Positions 18,591-28,257 of a stretch of 64,000 nucleotides of DNA are shown here, piece by piece. Both the position numbers and the translations under genes were made by a program. The notes under the pieces are model-generated. The model had not been told where the DNA came from and searched no databases. It was given only the letters and a program-made list of their open reading frames with translations. Position 1 is the first letter of the stretch. Each line of letters opens with the position of its first letter. Source of the DNA: Patescibacteria group bacterium (GTDB lineage: Bacteria; Patescibacteriota; Patescibacteriia; UBA9934); contig JBAZUI010000003.1 of the NCBI GenBank assembly GCA_041661425.1, positions 10,446 through 74,445 of the forward strand, written 5' to 3'.

Positions 18591-20003
18591 ATGGTGAAGA
18601 AGGAACGACGGACAAAAATTATTGCGACCATCGGCCCGGCCTCTTCTTCGATTTCCGTTCTTATTCGAATGGTGCGTGCGGGCATGTCGATGGCACGTTT
18701 GAATTTTTCGCACGGCAAGCACGAAGAGCATGCGCATCTTATCCGAACCATTCGTGCCGCGAGTAAGAAGGCCGACATTCCTGTCGGCATTCTTGGCGAT
18801 CTGCAGGGCCCGCGGATTCGCATTGGCGAGCTTCCGGATCATGGGATTGAACTTCGCCCGCGTCAGAGCGTGATCCTGGACGTTTCGGTCAAAGAGTATG
18901 AACCGGGAGGATCGCTCCCAATTACCTATGCCTTGCAAAAAGATGTGAAGGCGGGCGATCGCATTTTTATCGATGACGGGTTGATTGAAGTTGAGGTGAA
19001 ACGTGTCCAAAAAACCGCGGTGCATTGTTTGGTAAAAATGGGAGGGATTCTCACATCGCATAAGGGAATGAATCTTCCCGATACCCATGTCACGGCCGTG
19101 GCATTTACAAAAAAAGATCGTGAAGATCTTCTCTTTGGTCTCGAGCATGGCATTGATTGGGTGGCTCTGTCTTTTGTTGCGACTCCAGAAAGCGTCGCAT
19201 CTGTTCGCGAGATTGCCGCGGGATATTGTCGAGATATCGGCCGTGTGCCTCCAAAGATTATTGCCAAGATCGAACGGAAAGAAGCGGTTGATCATTTTCA
19301 CGATATTCTCGAGGTTGTCGACGGAGTGATGTTGGCGCGTGGGGATTTGGGAATCGAGGTTCCTTTTGAGGAAGTCCCGCTCATTCAAAAAGAGTTCACA
19401 GAAATTTGTCGTCAAGCCGGGAAGCCGATTGTGATTGCCACGCACATGCTCGATTCGATGTCCGAGCACCCGCGTGCCACGCGCGCGGAAGTTTCCGATG
19501 TAGCGAACGCCGTCATTGATCATGCCGATGCGGTGATGCTTTCGGCGGAAACCGCTATGGGGAAATATCCCGACATTGCTGTTCAAACCATGGCCTCCGT
19601 GATTACCGAAGTGGAAGCCTCGCGGTTTGATGATATTTCTTTTTATCAAATTCATTGTATTCCCGATATTGCCACGGCTTTCGCACAAGTCATGCACACG
19701 CTTGCGGAGCACGGTCAAATTCAGGCCATCGCCACCTCAGCTTCGTTTGGGGATCTGGCGCAAAAAATCAATATCTTCCGTCCGAATGTTCCAATTATTA
19801 TCGCTTGCGAATCGCAAGAACAGGCAAAGCAGTATTTGTTACGAGCTGGCTTTCAACCGGTCGTTCTCGATGATGAACCCGCGACATTCATCCATCGGAT
19901 GGAACGGCTTATTCACGATCAAAGGATCATTGATAAAAAATCCCGCGTCGCGTATGTGATCGAAACCGCGCGGGGAGATGTCCAATTGATTATTCGTGGA
20001 TGA
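18591..20003 (+). CDS. pyk: Pyruvate kinase
   Basis: RRTKIIATIGPAS N-terminus, full-length PK barrel plus C-terminal domain. Confidence 0.9.
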   Translation: MVKKERRTKIIATIGPASSSISVLIRMVRAGMSMARLNFSHGKHEEHAHLIRTIRAASKKADIPVGILGDLQGPRIRIGELPDHGIELRPRQSVILDVSVKEYEPGGSLPITYALQKDVKAGDRIFIDDGLIEVEVKRVQKTAVHCLVKMGGILTSHKGMNLPDTHVTAVAFTKKDREDLLFGLEHGIDWVALSFVATPESVASVREIAAGYCRDIGRVPPKIIAKIERKEAVDHFHDILEVVDGVMLARGDLGIEVPFEEVPLIQKEFTEICRQAGKPIVIATHMLDSMSEHPRATRAEVSDVANAVIDHADAVMLSAETAMGKYPDIAVQTMASVITEVEASRFDDISFYQIHCIPDIATAFAQVMHTLAEHGQIQAIATSASFGDLAQKINIFRPNVPIIIACESQEQAKQYLLRAGFQPVVLDDEPATFIHRMERLIHDQRIIDKKSRVAYVIETARGDVQLIIRG

Positions 20004-20280
20004 TCGTCTCGATGGATTGCGAAATGGTATCGCCAATCCACATTTTAAAATTGAAAGACTCAAACGTATTTCGAAGAAGGAGAAAAGCAATTCCAGCGAC
20101 AATCGTTGTTCCAATAATGAAACCGAATCCTTCAAAAATACCATGAATCGTTGAAAGAAATAATTGGTGAATCATTGACTTTGGTTTCATTTTCACGACA
20201 ACGTCACGAATCTCTTCAACATTTTTTTCAATTTCAAACACTTCAAATTTGAGTGGCTCTTGGATTCTTTTTTCCTCCAT
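19990..20280 (-). CDS. Small hypothetical membrane protein
   Basis: ORF with one C-terminal TM (FIIGTTIVAGIAFLLL). Start at MEEKR is chosen arbitrarily. Confidence 0.3.
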   Translation of the reverse strand: MEEKRIQEPLKFEVFEIEKNVEEIRDVVVKMKPKSMIHQLFLSTIHGIFEGFGFIIGTTIVAGIAFLLLRNTFESFNFKMWIGDTISQSIETIIHE

Positions 20281-21031
20281 ACTTTTTTTGAGTATAACAT
20301 ACGGCGCGCGGTTTGCGGAGTCCTTTTGCAACAAGTCTTTCTTTTGTGCTCCATTGTTCCGTTGCCGTGGTCCAGGCGATGCTTGAGAAATCGTTCATGT
20401 GCGTTTCAATAAATTTTTTTGTTTTTTCCGGGTAGAGAGTCCCGCATTCACGCAAGGTCCAACCAACGGCTCGTTGAACGTAAAAATGTTCATCGCGAAT
20501 TCGTGGTTCCACGAGCGCGATGATTTTTTGATAGGGAAGATGATGCGTGCGTGATCGTGCATAACAAATCATCGAGACCAGTGAGAGCCGACGCTCCCAT
20601 GGATTTTTTGAGGTGTTCCATTTGACGAGTGTGGGGTAGATCTTGTGCGGAAATTGATCAAGAAGCATGGCGAAGAGACTGCTCAAAGAATCGGAGTGAG
20701 CCCAATTATCGATTTTTTTACTCCAGGTTTTCAGGATGGTCCAATCGGAAAGATCAAGATCTTTTTTTCGCGATTCGACGATCAAGAGGAGCACGTAGAG
20801 CACGGCAAAATTATTTGAGGATTTCCAGATGCGATCGAGTGTCGCCCGATATTCTTTCCAGGTCACTTGCTTTTGTTGGGCGTTGATTTTTTTGACGATC
20901 GCACGCATGGCGGGAATTGGGCATCCCATATGCTCAAGGCCGGACGGGATATACCACATTTCCGCTGCCTTTCGTTTGGCTTGCGCACACGGTTTGAGAA
21001 GCAAAAGAATCTGCTGTTCGGTGAGGCTCAT
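20243..21031 (-). CDS. DNA alkylation repair (AlkD/HEAT-like) family protein
   Basis: Start taken at MSLTEQQ. All-helical with WAHSDSL / RAVGWTLRE motifs typical of the DNA_alkylation family. Confidence 0.5.
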   Translation of the reverse strand: MSLTEQQILLLLKPCAQAKRKAAEMWYIPSGLEHMGCPIPAMRAIVKKINAQQKQVTWKEYRATLDRIWKSSNNFAVLYVLLLIVESRKKDLDLSDWTILKTWSKKIDNWAHSDSLSSLFAMLLDQFPHKIYPTLVKWNTSKNPWERRLSLVSMICYARSRTHHLPYQKIIALVEPRIRDEHFYVQRAVGWTLRECGTLYPEKTKKFIETHMNDFSSIAWTTATEQWSTKERLVAKGLRKPRAVCYTQKKYGGKKNPRATQI

Positions 21032-21064
21032 ATATCCACATTCATACCTCAAAAATAGGCAAAC

Positions 21065-24000
21065 GTGAAGTATAATAAGGATCGTGTGATTTTGACATAT
21101 CAACGGAGATGTTCACGTGCTCTCACGTTCCTATTGTTTTGTTGTTTTTGGTTTTCTTGGTTTCCGATGTCTCCTGTTTTTGCAGCAACAAGCGTCACGT
21201 ATTCATCGCAGGCGGAATTGGAGAGCGCGATTTCTCAGACCGGTTCTGATTCAACGACCACCCCGGGAGCATTGACGCTTACTGCACTTGCAACCGATGC
21301 CAATCCAGTGGCGGAAACTCGTGATGTCGCTTTACTTGTCTCTGATGATGGCGTGGTGGATGCGGATATTGATTTTTATCTGAGTGCGTATTTTCCGAAT
21401 TTTGATTCTGATGGGGATGAAGCCGTTGATGATGTCTTGGAGTTTGCCGATGTTGATGAATTGAGTGATCTCTCAGGATATGAGATTGTCGTCACCGACA
21501 CTGAAACAACCACGCAAGCGGCAACGGTCCCGCAAGATGTCCTCGATGCGTTTGCAACGGCAGGCGGACTCGTTATTGAAAATATCATTGAATATAGCGT
21601 TCAACGTCAGGCCGATACGTATGAATCGGAAGTGAGTTTTGATTATACAACCGCGGCTATTCGCGATCTGGCTTCCGATGGAACGTATCTTTGGACGCTC
21701 GATGATACATCCCCTGAGCGAATTTTAAAAATTGATCCGGCCGATGGCTCAACAATTGCCACGTATTGCGCTCCAGATACAACGCCTCGCGGAATCGAAT
21801 ATGTCAATAATACGTTGTATATTGCCGATTCATTCGCAGATAAACTGTATGAACTTGATCCCGCAAGTTTGACGGTTTTTGATAGCGTTTGCGCCGCGCC
21901 CTATGAGGGTAATCATTATCATTTTTCCGATTTGAGTCCTGTGTCCGGAAGTCCGTGGGGACTTGCCTCAGATGGAGTGAATTTTTATCTTGTCGATTCA
22001 ACAACAGTGCGTCTTCATGCGTTTACCATTTCCGGCTCCTCTCTTGTTCAATCAAACTCTTGGCTTCTCACAAGCCTTACTCCACGCCCTGCCACTCTCC
22101 CTCGAGGGTTGGCGTATAACGGAGGGTATCTTTGGTACGCTGATTCCACGACCGGGCTCATTTATAAATTATCGCCGTCCGATCCGTCGGTCACGGTAAC
22201 GGCATACGATGCCTGGGATCAGTGGGGAAGCGATGAAGACCCGACGGGTCTTGCTTTCATTGATGGCGATCTTTGGGTGACTGATGACGATCCCACGGTC
22301 AAGAAACTTTATAATCATTCGAGTTTTTATCTCGATAAAGACAGCTACGAATATTTCAATAAAGGGAATACCTCATTTGAAACTCCGAGCGTTCAACCGA
22401 AAGGATTGGCATACGATGGAACGTATTTTTGGCTCGCGGATGATTATACAAATACCATTTATAAATTAAACGCTTCCACGGGCGCGGTTGTTTCTTCCTG
22501 TATTGCTCCGTATTCTCGACCAAGTGGGGTTGCCTATTATTCAGGGACACTCTGGGTTTCGGATTGGGGATCAGATCTGGTGTATCTTGTGAATCCAACA
22601 ACGTGTGCGGTCTCGAGTTCGTGGGCCGCGCCTAGCACGGGATCACATGGGATTGCGCATGATGGAACAAATCTCTGGCTGGCGGATTCCGATTCGGATT
22701 TGATTTATAAATTGAATCCAACAACCGGGGCTGTCACGTCTTCTTTTGCCGCACCCGGGCCGGCTTCGAGAGGTCTTGCCTATGAAGATGGTTCGTTGTG
22801 GGTCGCGGATGAAACCGATGAAACCTATTATAAACTCAATCCAACCGACGGGAGCACGCAACTCACAAGAACAGTTGTCGAACTCACAGTTGAGGGAATT
22901 GCCTTTGTTGACGGACGGCTCTGGTCTGTTGATGAAACGCAAGATCGTATCTATAACGTTGATAGCAATAATCTTGCCATGGGGCAATACGATGCCCCGG
23001 CAACCAATCCGCGCGGGTTTACCACAGACGGCACGAATATTTGGGCCGTGGATTCCACTTCCGATAAGCTGTATAAACTCGATGACGAAACATGGGCCGT
23101 GAGTGCGACCTATGATGCCCCGGCGCTCGATCCCATGGACATTACCTATGGAGGAGGATATCTCTGGATCACAACCGATGCTGATAATAAAATTTATAAA
23201 GTTGATCCCGCAACCGGTGGATCGGTTTCTTCATTTGCAACTCCGGATTCCGATCCGTACGGGTTGGTGTATGTGGATTCCTATCTCTATCTCACGGATA
23301 CCATCGAAAATTTATTTTATAAAATCGATCCGACTGATGGATCGAACGATCAAGAATGGGATGCGCCTGGGAGCTCGCCAGGGCCTCTTGCCTATGACGG
23401 AACTTCCATTTGGAACTTCGATACGGATGAGCGTATTTTGTTTGAATTGGAATTGGATGATGATGTGGGAGGGACGATTTCCGCTACGCAAGAGGTTACG
23501 ACCTCCGGGATTCAAGGAATCGAATTTATCGGAGGAGTCCTCTATACCGTTGATACGTATTTCGACATGTTCTTTGATGCCGATACGATTTCGGTCGAGC
23601 CGACCGCGATCATCGAAGTCGCAGACGATTATACGAGCCCGTATTCCGTGGATGACTCCTTTTACTACACAACGCGAAGCACAAGCGAAGGATTCTTTTT
23701 GCATCGCCGGTTAGGTGGGGTACCCGAGACAGCGAGCCGGCAAATTCTCGCTTCCTCAAGTCGAGGAGGCGCTGTTTATGTTCATGAAGATGTGGGTGCG
23801 GGAGATATTTTCGCTCTCGATCTTGTTCTCCTGGGAGATAATTACGAAGTGTCTCGTCAAACCGTTCCGGCCGTCACGCTCTTCTTCGATGCGCTGGGAA
23901 TAAAAATTCACAGTGAAGGCACGCAGGAAAATACGAAACCGACCTATGCTTCACCTTCCACGGATCTGAGTAATCTTATGACAAGTTGTAGTGCGGCATT

Positions 24001-26563
24001 CGTACGGACAACGATCGGCACTTCCAGCAATGGTCAGCCGATCTACGCCTATTCGTACGGAACCGATGGAAAACCGGTTGCCATCTATTTGTCGGGTGTT
24101 CACGGAAATGAAGAGCATGCCTACATTCCTGAGGTGCGCTGGATGCAAAATCTCTGCACGGATTATTTGGCAGGAACAGATCGTGCGCTGAATTTGTTCC
24201 AAAATTTTGAGGTTATTTTTGTTCCGCTTCTCAATCCATACGGGATCGCGAACGGCACTCGTTACAACGCGAATTATGTCGATCTTAACCGTAACTTTGA
24301 CTGGAATTGGTCAGCGTATGCGTCATCCTATAAAGGGGCTTCGGTTTTTTCCGAAGTGGAATCACAGGCATTCCGGGATTTGGTATTGGCGCATGAAGAC
24401 GATCTTGTCTTCTTCAACGATGCGCACGCCGCCATGGCCATCGCTCCGGGGATGACGTGGGCGTATCCCACCGGAGCGGTTGCACCGGCTATCATCGAAA
24501 ATGTTTACGATATCTTCAGAACGAAAAACGCCAATCGATGGTTTGAAGAAAAAGCAGGTCTTGGGCGATGGCTGACGTATGATCGTTATACGTTCCAATC
24601 CGATGTTCCGTATATTGAAAACTGGGTCGGATCGTTGGGAATTCCCACGAGCACGAATGAAGTGATGGGGAAAAAAGATGTGGGCACCGGGCGCATGATT
24701 CACACAAGCGATTGGTATTTCAAACATTACGACGCCTCATTCGACGCCCTCTCCTCTCAATACGGTCGTTCGGTTTACCGCATTGATGGAACGGTTGATT
24801 CTGTTTTTTCGGCCGCGGTTACTTCAAATGCCACAACCCCGGCGGGAACGAGCATTTTGTTCCGCTATGGTTCGAATGCAACAACCGCCGAACCGACCAC
24901 CTGGTACGACACCTATTCGAGCGTTCCGGCCGGACGATATCTTTTTGCGGAAGTGATTCTTCAACGTGACGCCTACGATGATTCCACGCCAACGCTTGCG
25001 GATTTTACCGTTTCCTATACAACGGCGAATACGGCTCCGACGGTCACAACACCAACGGCTGTCGTGGCCATGGATGGGAGTGGTGAGGTGACGGTTGCGA
25101 CGACGCTCGATGACGCCGATGACGATGATACACTCCAAGCGCTTGTTGAATACTCCCTAAACGGTGGTTCGAGTTATGCGAAAGCAACTATTTCCGAATT
25201 GCCGGCTGATATCACGGCAACCTATGGCACCCCGGACGTGGAAAATGACAATACGTATCAAATCGGGAATGCTGGCGGGTACATCACAAGTTCTTCTGGC
25301 GCGAATGCTTTGACGTTCGTTTGGGATGCCCATACCGATGCCCCAACCGCGGATATTTCAAACGCAAAAATTCGTGTGACTCCTTTTGATGGAACCGATA
25401 TCGGCACACCGGTCGCCTCATCAAATATCACGATCGATAATGCCCATCCTTCCGGTCTCGCGACGCTATCGCGAGGCGCGGTGACGTGGAATTCTCTCAC
25501 GCCAACCTGGGACATCGCCTCTGATTCGCATTTTGATCATTACGAAATCTGGTATGGATTCGTGCAAGCCGATGTGGATAATCGGACGGGGACCGCACAT
25601 GAATGGGATGATTCGGATGATGCCGATCTTCTCTTGGCGGCCACGAGTGCAACGACGATTCCCGGTCTTTCTCCTCTTACAAATTATTATGTGAAACTTT
25701 TTGCTGTCGATACGTACGGCAATGAATCGACCATCGCCTCTGTTGGTATGGGAACCATTAAGAAATCAGAGAGTACGGTGACGGCGAATGTTGGTGGCGG
25801 AGGATCAGGAGGTGGGGGATCGTCAAATCAGATTACATTTTTTGACATTATCCAACAACGTCTCCCAAGTATCGCGACGATCCAAAAAAATACCGCTTCA
25901 CAATTTTTATGGACGACGTCCGGAACGATTTCTTTTGTGAATATCTCTTATTCGCTCGATCAAGGAGCAACGTATGAAAAAATTATTGGTCCAACGCCCA
26001 ATACCGGTTCCTATGATTGGACAACCCCAAAGATTCTTTCGGGATCATCGGTCATGTTTAAAATCGAAGCAACGGATCTTGCTTTGATTATCGATTCAGA
26101 AATTTGCGAAAAAAATATCGCGTCAGGGCGACCGCTTTGGGCTCGTTCGCCCGTGACGGGTGAACTCGAAGAAGTCACCGAAGTTTTTCCCGGCGATTAT
26201 ATCAAGAGTCCATATTTTTCAACGGTCTATTACGTGACCGACGATTACGGGCGCCGACCGTTTATCGATGAAGAGACGTATTTTACCTGGCAAGAATCGT
26301 TTGCAACATTGAAATCAGTGACTGACGCAACGCTCACAACCTTAACGATCGCCGGTCCCATGTTGCCGAAACCCGGAGTCAAGTTGGTTAAAATCGAGAG
26401 TGACCCGCGTGTGTATGAAGTCTTGGAAAATGAAAAAGACCCGTACCGTCCATCGCTCCGCTGGATTTCTTCTGAAGCGGAAGCAACGGAACGATTCGGG
26501 TCGTGGTGGAAGTGGAATATCGTGGATGTACCGGTAACGACGTTTGCGCGATTTGATTTCTAG
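21065..26563 (+). CDS. Giant secreted protein: ~12 beta-propeller-type repeats + M14 zinc carboxypeptidase-like domain + FN3/Ig-like C-terminal region
   Basis: GTG start followed by a signal peptide ending ...SPVFA. Repeats of the form YLW.aD....IYKl.p.tG. M14 motifs GVHGNEEH (HxxE), NPYG, DLNRNF at ~24.0-24.4 kb. Confidence 0.7.
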   Translation: MKYNKDRVILTYQRRCSRALTFLLFCCFWFSWFPMSPVFAATSVTYSSQAELESAISQTGSDSTTTPGALTLTALATDANPVAETRDVALLVSDDGVVDADIDFYLSAYFPNFDSDGDEAVDDVLEFADVDELSDLSGYEIVVTDTETTTQAATVPQDVLDAFATAGGLVIENIIEYSVQRQADTYESEVSFDYTTAAIRDLASDGTYLWTLDDTSPERILKIDPADGSTIATYCAPDTTPRGIEYVNNTLYIADSFADKLYELDPASLTVFDSVCAAPYEGNHYHFSDLSPVSGSPWGLASDGVNFYLVDSTTVRLHAFTISGSSLVQSNSWLLTSLTPRPATLPRGLAYNGGYLWYADSTTGLIYKLSPSDPSVTVTAYDAWDQWGSDEDPTGLAFIDGDLWVTDDDPTVKKLYNHSSFYLDKDSYEYFNKGNTSFETPSVQPKGLAYDGTYFWLADDYTNTIYKLNASTGAVVSSCIAPYSRPSGVAYYSGTLWVSDWGSDLVYLVNPTTCAVSSSWAAPSTGSHGIAHDGTNLWLADSDSDLIYKLNPTTGAVTSSFAAPGPASRGLAYEDGSLWVADETDETYYKLNPTDGSTQLTRTVVELTVEGIAFVDGRLWSVDETQDRIYNVDSNNLAMGQYDAPATNPRGFTTDGTNIWAVDSTSDKLYKLDDETWAVSATYDAPALDPMDITYGGGYLWITTDADNKIYKVDPATGGSVSSFATPDSDPYGLVYVDSYLYLTDTIENLFYKIDPTDGSNDQEWDAPGSSPGPLAYDGTSIWNFDTDERILFELELDDDVGGTISATQEVTTSGIQGIEFIGGVLYTVDTYFDMFFDADTISVEPTAIIEVADDYTSPYSVDDSFYYTTRSTSEGFFLHRRLGGVPETASRQILASSSRGGAVYVHEDVGAGDIFALDLVLLGDNYEVSRQTVPAVTLFFDALGIKIHSEGTQENTKPTYASPSTDLSNLMTSCSAAFVRTTIGTSSNGQPIYAYSYGTDGKPVAIYLSGVHGNEEHAYIPEVRWMQNLCTDYLAGTDRALNLFQNFEVIFVPLLNPYGIANGTRYNANYVDLNRNFDWNWSAYASSYKGASVFSEVESQAFRDLVLAHEDDLVFFNDAHAAMAIAPGMTWAYPTGAVAPAIIENVYDIFRTKNANRWFEEKAGLGRWLTYDRYTFQSDVPYIENWVGSLGIPTSTNEVMGKKDVGTGRMIHTSDWYFKHYDASFDALSSQYGRSVYRIDGTVDSVFSAAVTSNATTPAGTSILFRYGSNATTAEPTTWYDTYSSVPAGRYLFAEVILQRDAYDDSTPTLADFTVSYTTANTAPTVTTPTAVVAMDGSGEVTVATTLDDADDDDTLQALVEYSLNGGSSYAKATISELPADITATYGTPDVENDNTYQIGNAGGYITSSSGANALTFVWDAHTDAPTADISNAKIRVTPFDGTDIGTPVASSNITIDNAHPSGLATLSRGAVTWNSLTPTWDIASDSHFDHYEIWYGFVQADVDNRTGTAHEWDDSDDADLLLAATSATTIPGLSPLTNYYVKLFAVDTYGNESTIASVGMGTIKKSESTVTANVGGGGSGGGGSSNQITFFDIIQQRLPSIATIQKNTASQFLWTTSGTISFVNISYSLDQGATYEKIIGPTPNTGSYDWTTPKILSGSSVMFKIEATDLALIIDSEICEKNIASGRPLWARSPVTGELEEVTEVFPGDYIKSPYFSTVYYVTDDYGRRPFIDEETYFTWQESFATLKSVTDATLTTLTIAGPMLPKPGVKLVKIESDPRVYEVLENEKDPYRPSLRWISSEAEATERFGSWWKWNIVDVPVTTFARFDF

Positions 26564-27027
26564 TTGAGGATTGTTACCGCATACGTCAAGAACGTGGCAA
26601 AACAGACCCAGAGAACATACGGGAAAAGGAGGGCACTGGCGAGTTTTGATGTTTTCCAAAGTGAGAGCGAAAGAAAGAGGACAGAGAGTCCAAGAAGAAG
26701 AGCTTCGATGATCGCAAGAGTAAAGGCATGGATCCCAAAGAAGAGGAGGCTCCAAAGGACGTTTAATGTTGCTTGAAGAAAAAAGAAAAACCAGATCCAT
26801 CTACTTGTCGGTGCCTCGATTTTTTTCTGCATGGCAAGAAGAAGGGAAACAATGGTCAGTACAAAAAGGACCGTCCAAACCGTGCCAATCACGGATCCGT
26901 CGGGCGTCCAAGGGGGAAGAATGAGCGTCTCGTACCAAACCATTCCCTGCGAGGTGATAAAACTCCCAACAACAGCGGTTGCAATGACGGTTAAAATAAT
27001 GACGAGAGACGATTGATAGTTTTTCAT
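26560..27027 (-). CDS. tspO: TspO/MBR tryptophan-rich sensory protein family
   Basis: 155 aa, 5 TM, WYETLILPPWTPDGSVIGTVWTVLF matches the TspO signature. Confidence 0.75.
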   Translation of the reverse strand: MKNYQSSLVIILTVIATAVVGSFITSQGMVWYETLILPPWTPDGSVIGTVWTVLFVLTIVSLLLAMQKKIEAPTSRWIWFFFFLQATLNVLWSLLFFGIHAFTLAIIEALLLGLSVLFLSLSLWKTSKLASALLFPYVLWVCFATFLTYAVTILN

Positions 27028-27821
27028 AGCATGGTTAATGATTCGTGAATAGTTTCTTCAAGCGCGCTTTGTCCGGAAAGAGCGGCAATTCCGACAATCA
27101 TCATCACGCCAAGGAGGGCGGCAAGAAGATAGCGCAGATATTTTTTTTCTTCTCGAGAAACGCGAATGGATCGCGGGACAAGATCCATAAAAATCATATA
27201 CAAGAAAAGACCGGCGGCAATACCCAAAAGCGGAGTCAGGAACGAGACCGCCTGGGAAAGAATAATACCAAGCCCAGCCCCAATGAAGACCGTGGTATTG
27301 GCAAGGCAATTTCTCCACAAGGCTTGCGAGGTTGAGTATCCCGATTCCTTCAGGACGAAGAATTCCGAAATTCCTTGCACGAATTCGTGAATAAAGATGC
27401 TCGCGGCAGTAAAAATTCCAAGACGAAAATCAAGAAAGAAGGCCGGCGCAAGCAAAAATCCATCCGCGATATTGTGAAGCGCATCTCCCAAAAGCACTCG
27501 GTAGGCAGTGGCGTGCGAATGATGCTCATGACATTCATCATGGTGGTGATAGCAATCCGGCACAAAGGATTCAATCGCATAGGCGATGAGTACCCCAAAA
27601 AGAACCGAGCCAATTCCCAGGAGAATTGAGCCATCGGAAAATGTTTCAAGTGCGATGTTTATGGCGATAATAAAAAAAACACCCGCAGAAAAACTCACCA
27701 AGTAATTCATGGAGCGGTGCATCCAGGCCATGAGATGTTTCTGCATGAACAAGATTCCGCCGAGCGAAGCGCCAAGAATGCAAAGACAGGAAAGGATGAT
27801 GGCAAGAATGGGAAGCGTCAT
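27024..27821 (-). CDS. ZIP family metal (zinc) transporter
   Basis: HNIADGF and HEFVQGISEF motifs. His-rich loop DCYHHHDECHEHHSH. Confidence 0.8.
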   Translation of the reverse strand: MTLPILAIILSCLCILGASLGGILFMQKHLMAWMHRSMNYLVSFSAGVFFIIAINIALETFSDGSILLGIGSVLFGVLIAYAIESFVPDCYHHHDECHEHHSHATAYRVLLGDALHNIADGFLLAPAFFLDFRLGIFTAASIFIHEFVQGISEFFVLKESGYSTSQALWRNCLANTTVFIGAGLGIILSQAVSFLTPLLGIAAGLFLYMIFMDLVPRSIRVSREEKKYLRYLLAALLGVMMIVGIAALSGQSALEETIHESLTML

Positions 27822-27883
27822 ATGTGTATGAGAATCTTGGAATATTTCTTAGCCTAGGATACAATAACATTAATCATTTTGCT

Positions 27884-28252
27884 ATGCCAACACCTAAAAA
27901 AATACTTGTTGTGGAGGATGAAAAATCCATGGCGAAAGCCTTGGAGCTCAAACTCACAAAAGAAGGTTTTGTCGTGGAGATTGCGGTGGATGGGGAAGGT
28001 GCTTTGGCAAAACTTCGGAAAGAAAAATACCAACTCGTTCTTTTGGATCTTGTCTTGCCAAAGCTTGATGGATTTGGAGTTCTTGAAGCAATGAAAAAAG
28101 AGGGCATCAAAACTCCCGCGATCGTTTCGACCAACTTGAGTCAGGAAGAAGATGAGGCTCGAACGCGGGCTCTCGGCGCGAAAGATTTTTTCGTCAAATC
28201 CGATACGTCTATTACTGATGTTGTGAAACACATTAAACAATTAATCGGCTAG
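27884..28252 (+). CDS. Stand-alone CheY-like response regulator receiver (PilH/PilG-like) heading the pilus locus
   Basis: KILVVEDE...LVLLDLVLPKLDG...K REC motifs, no output domain. Confidence 0.8.
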   Translation: MPTPKKILVVEDEKSMAKALELKLTKEGFVVEIAVDGEGALAKLRKEKYQLVLLDLVLPKLDGFGVLEAMKKEGIKTPAIVSTNLSQEEDEARTRALGAKDFFVKSDTSITDVVKHIKQLIG

Positions 28253-28257
28253 GAGGT

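Noticed and set aside
18573-19718. 381-aa minus-strand ORF
   Set aside because: Lies entirely antisense within pyruvate kinase. Low-complexity His/Arg-rich translation. The pyk assignment is unambiguous.
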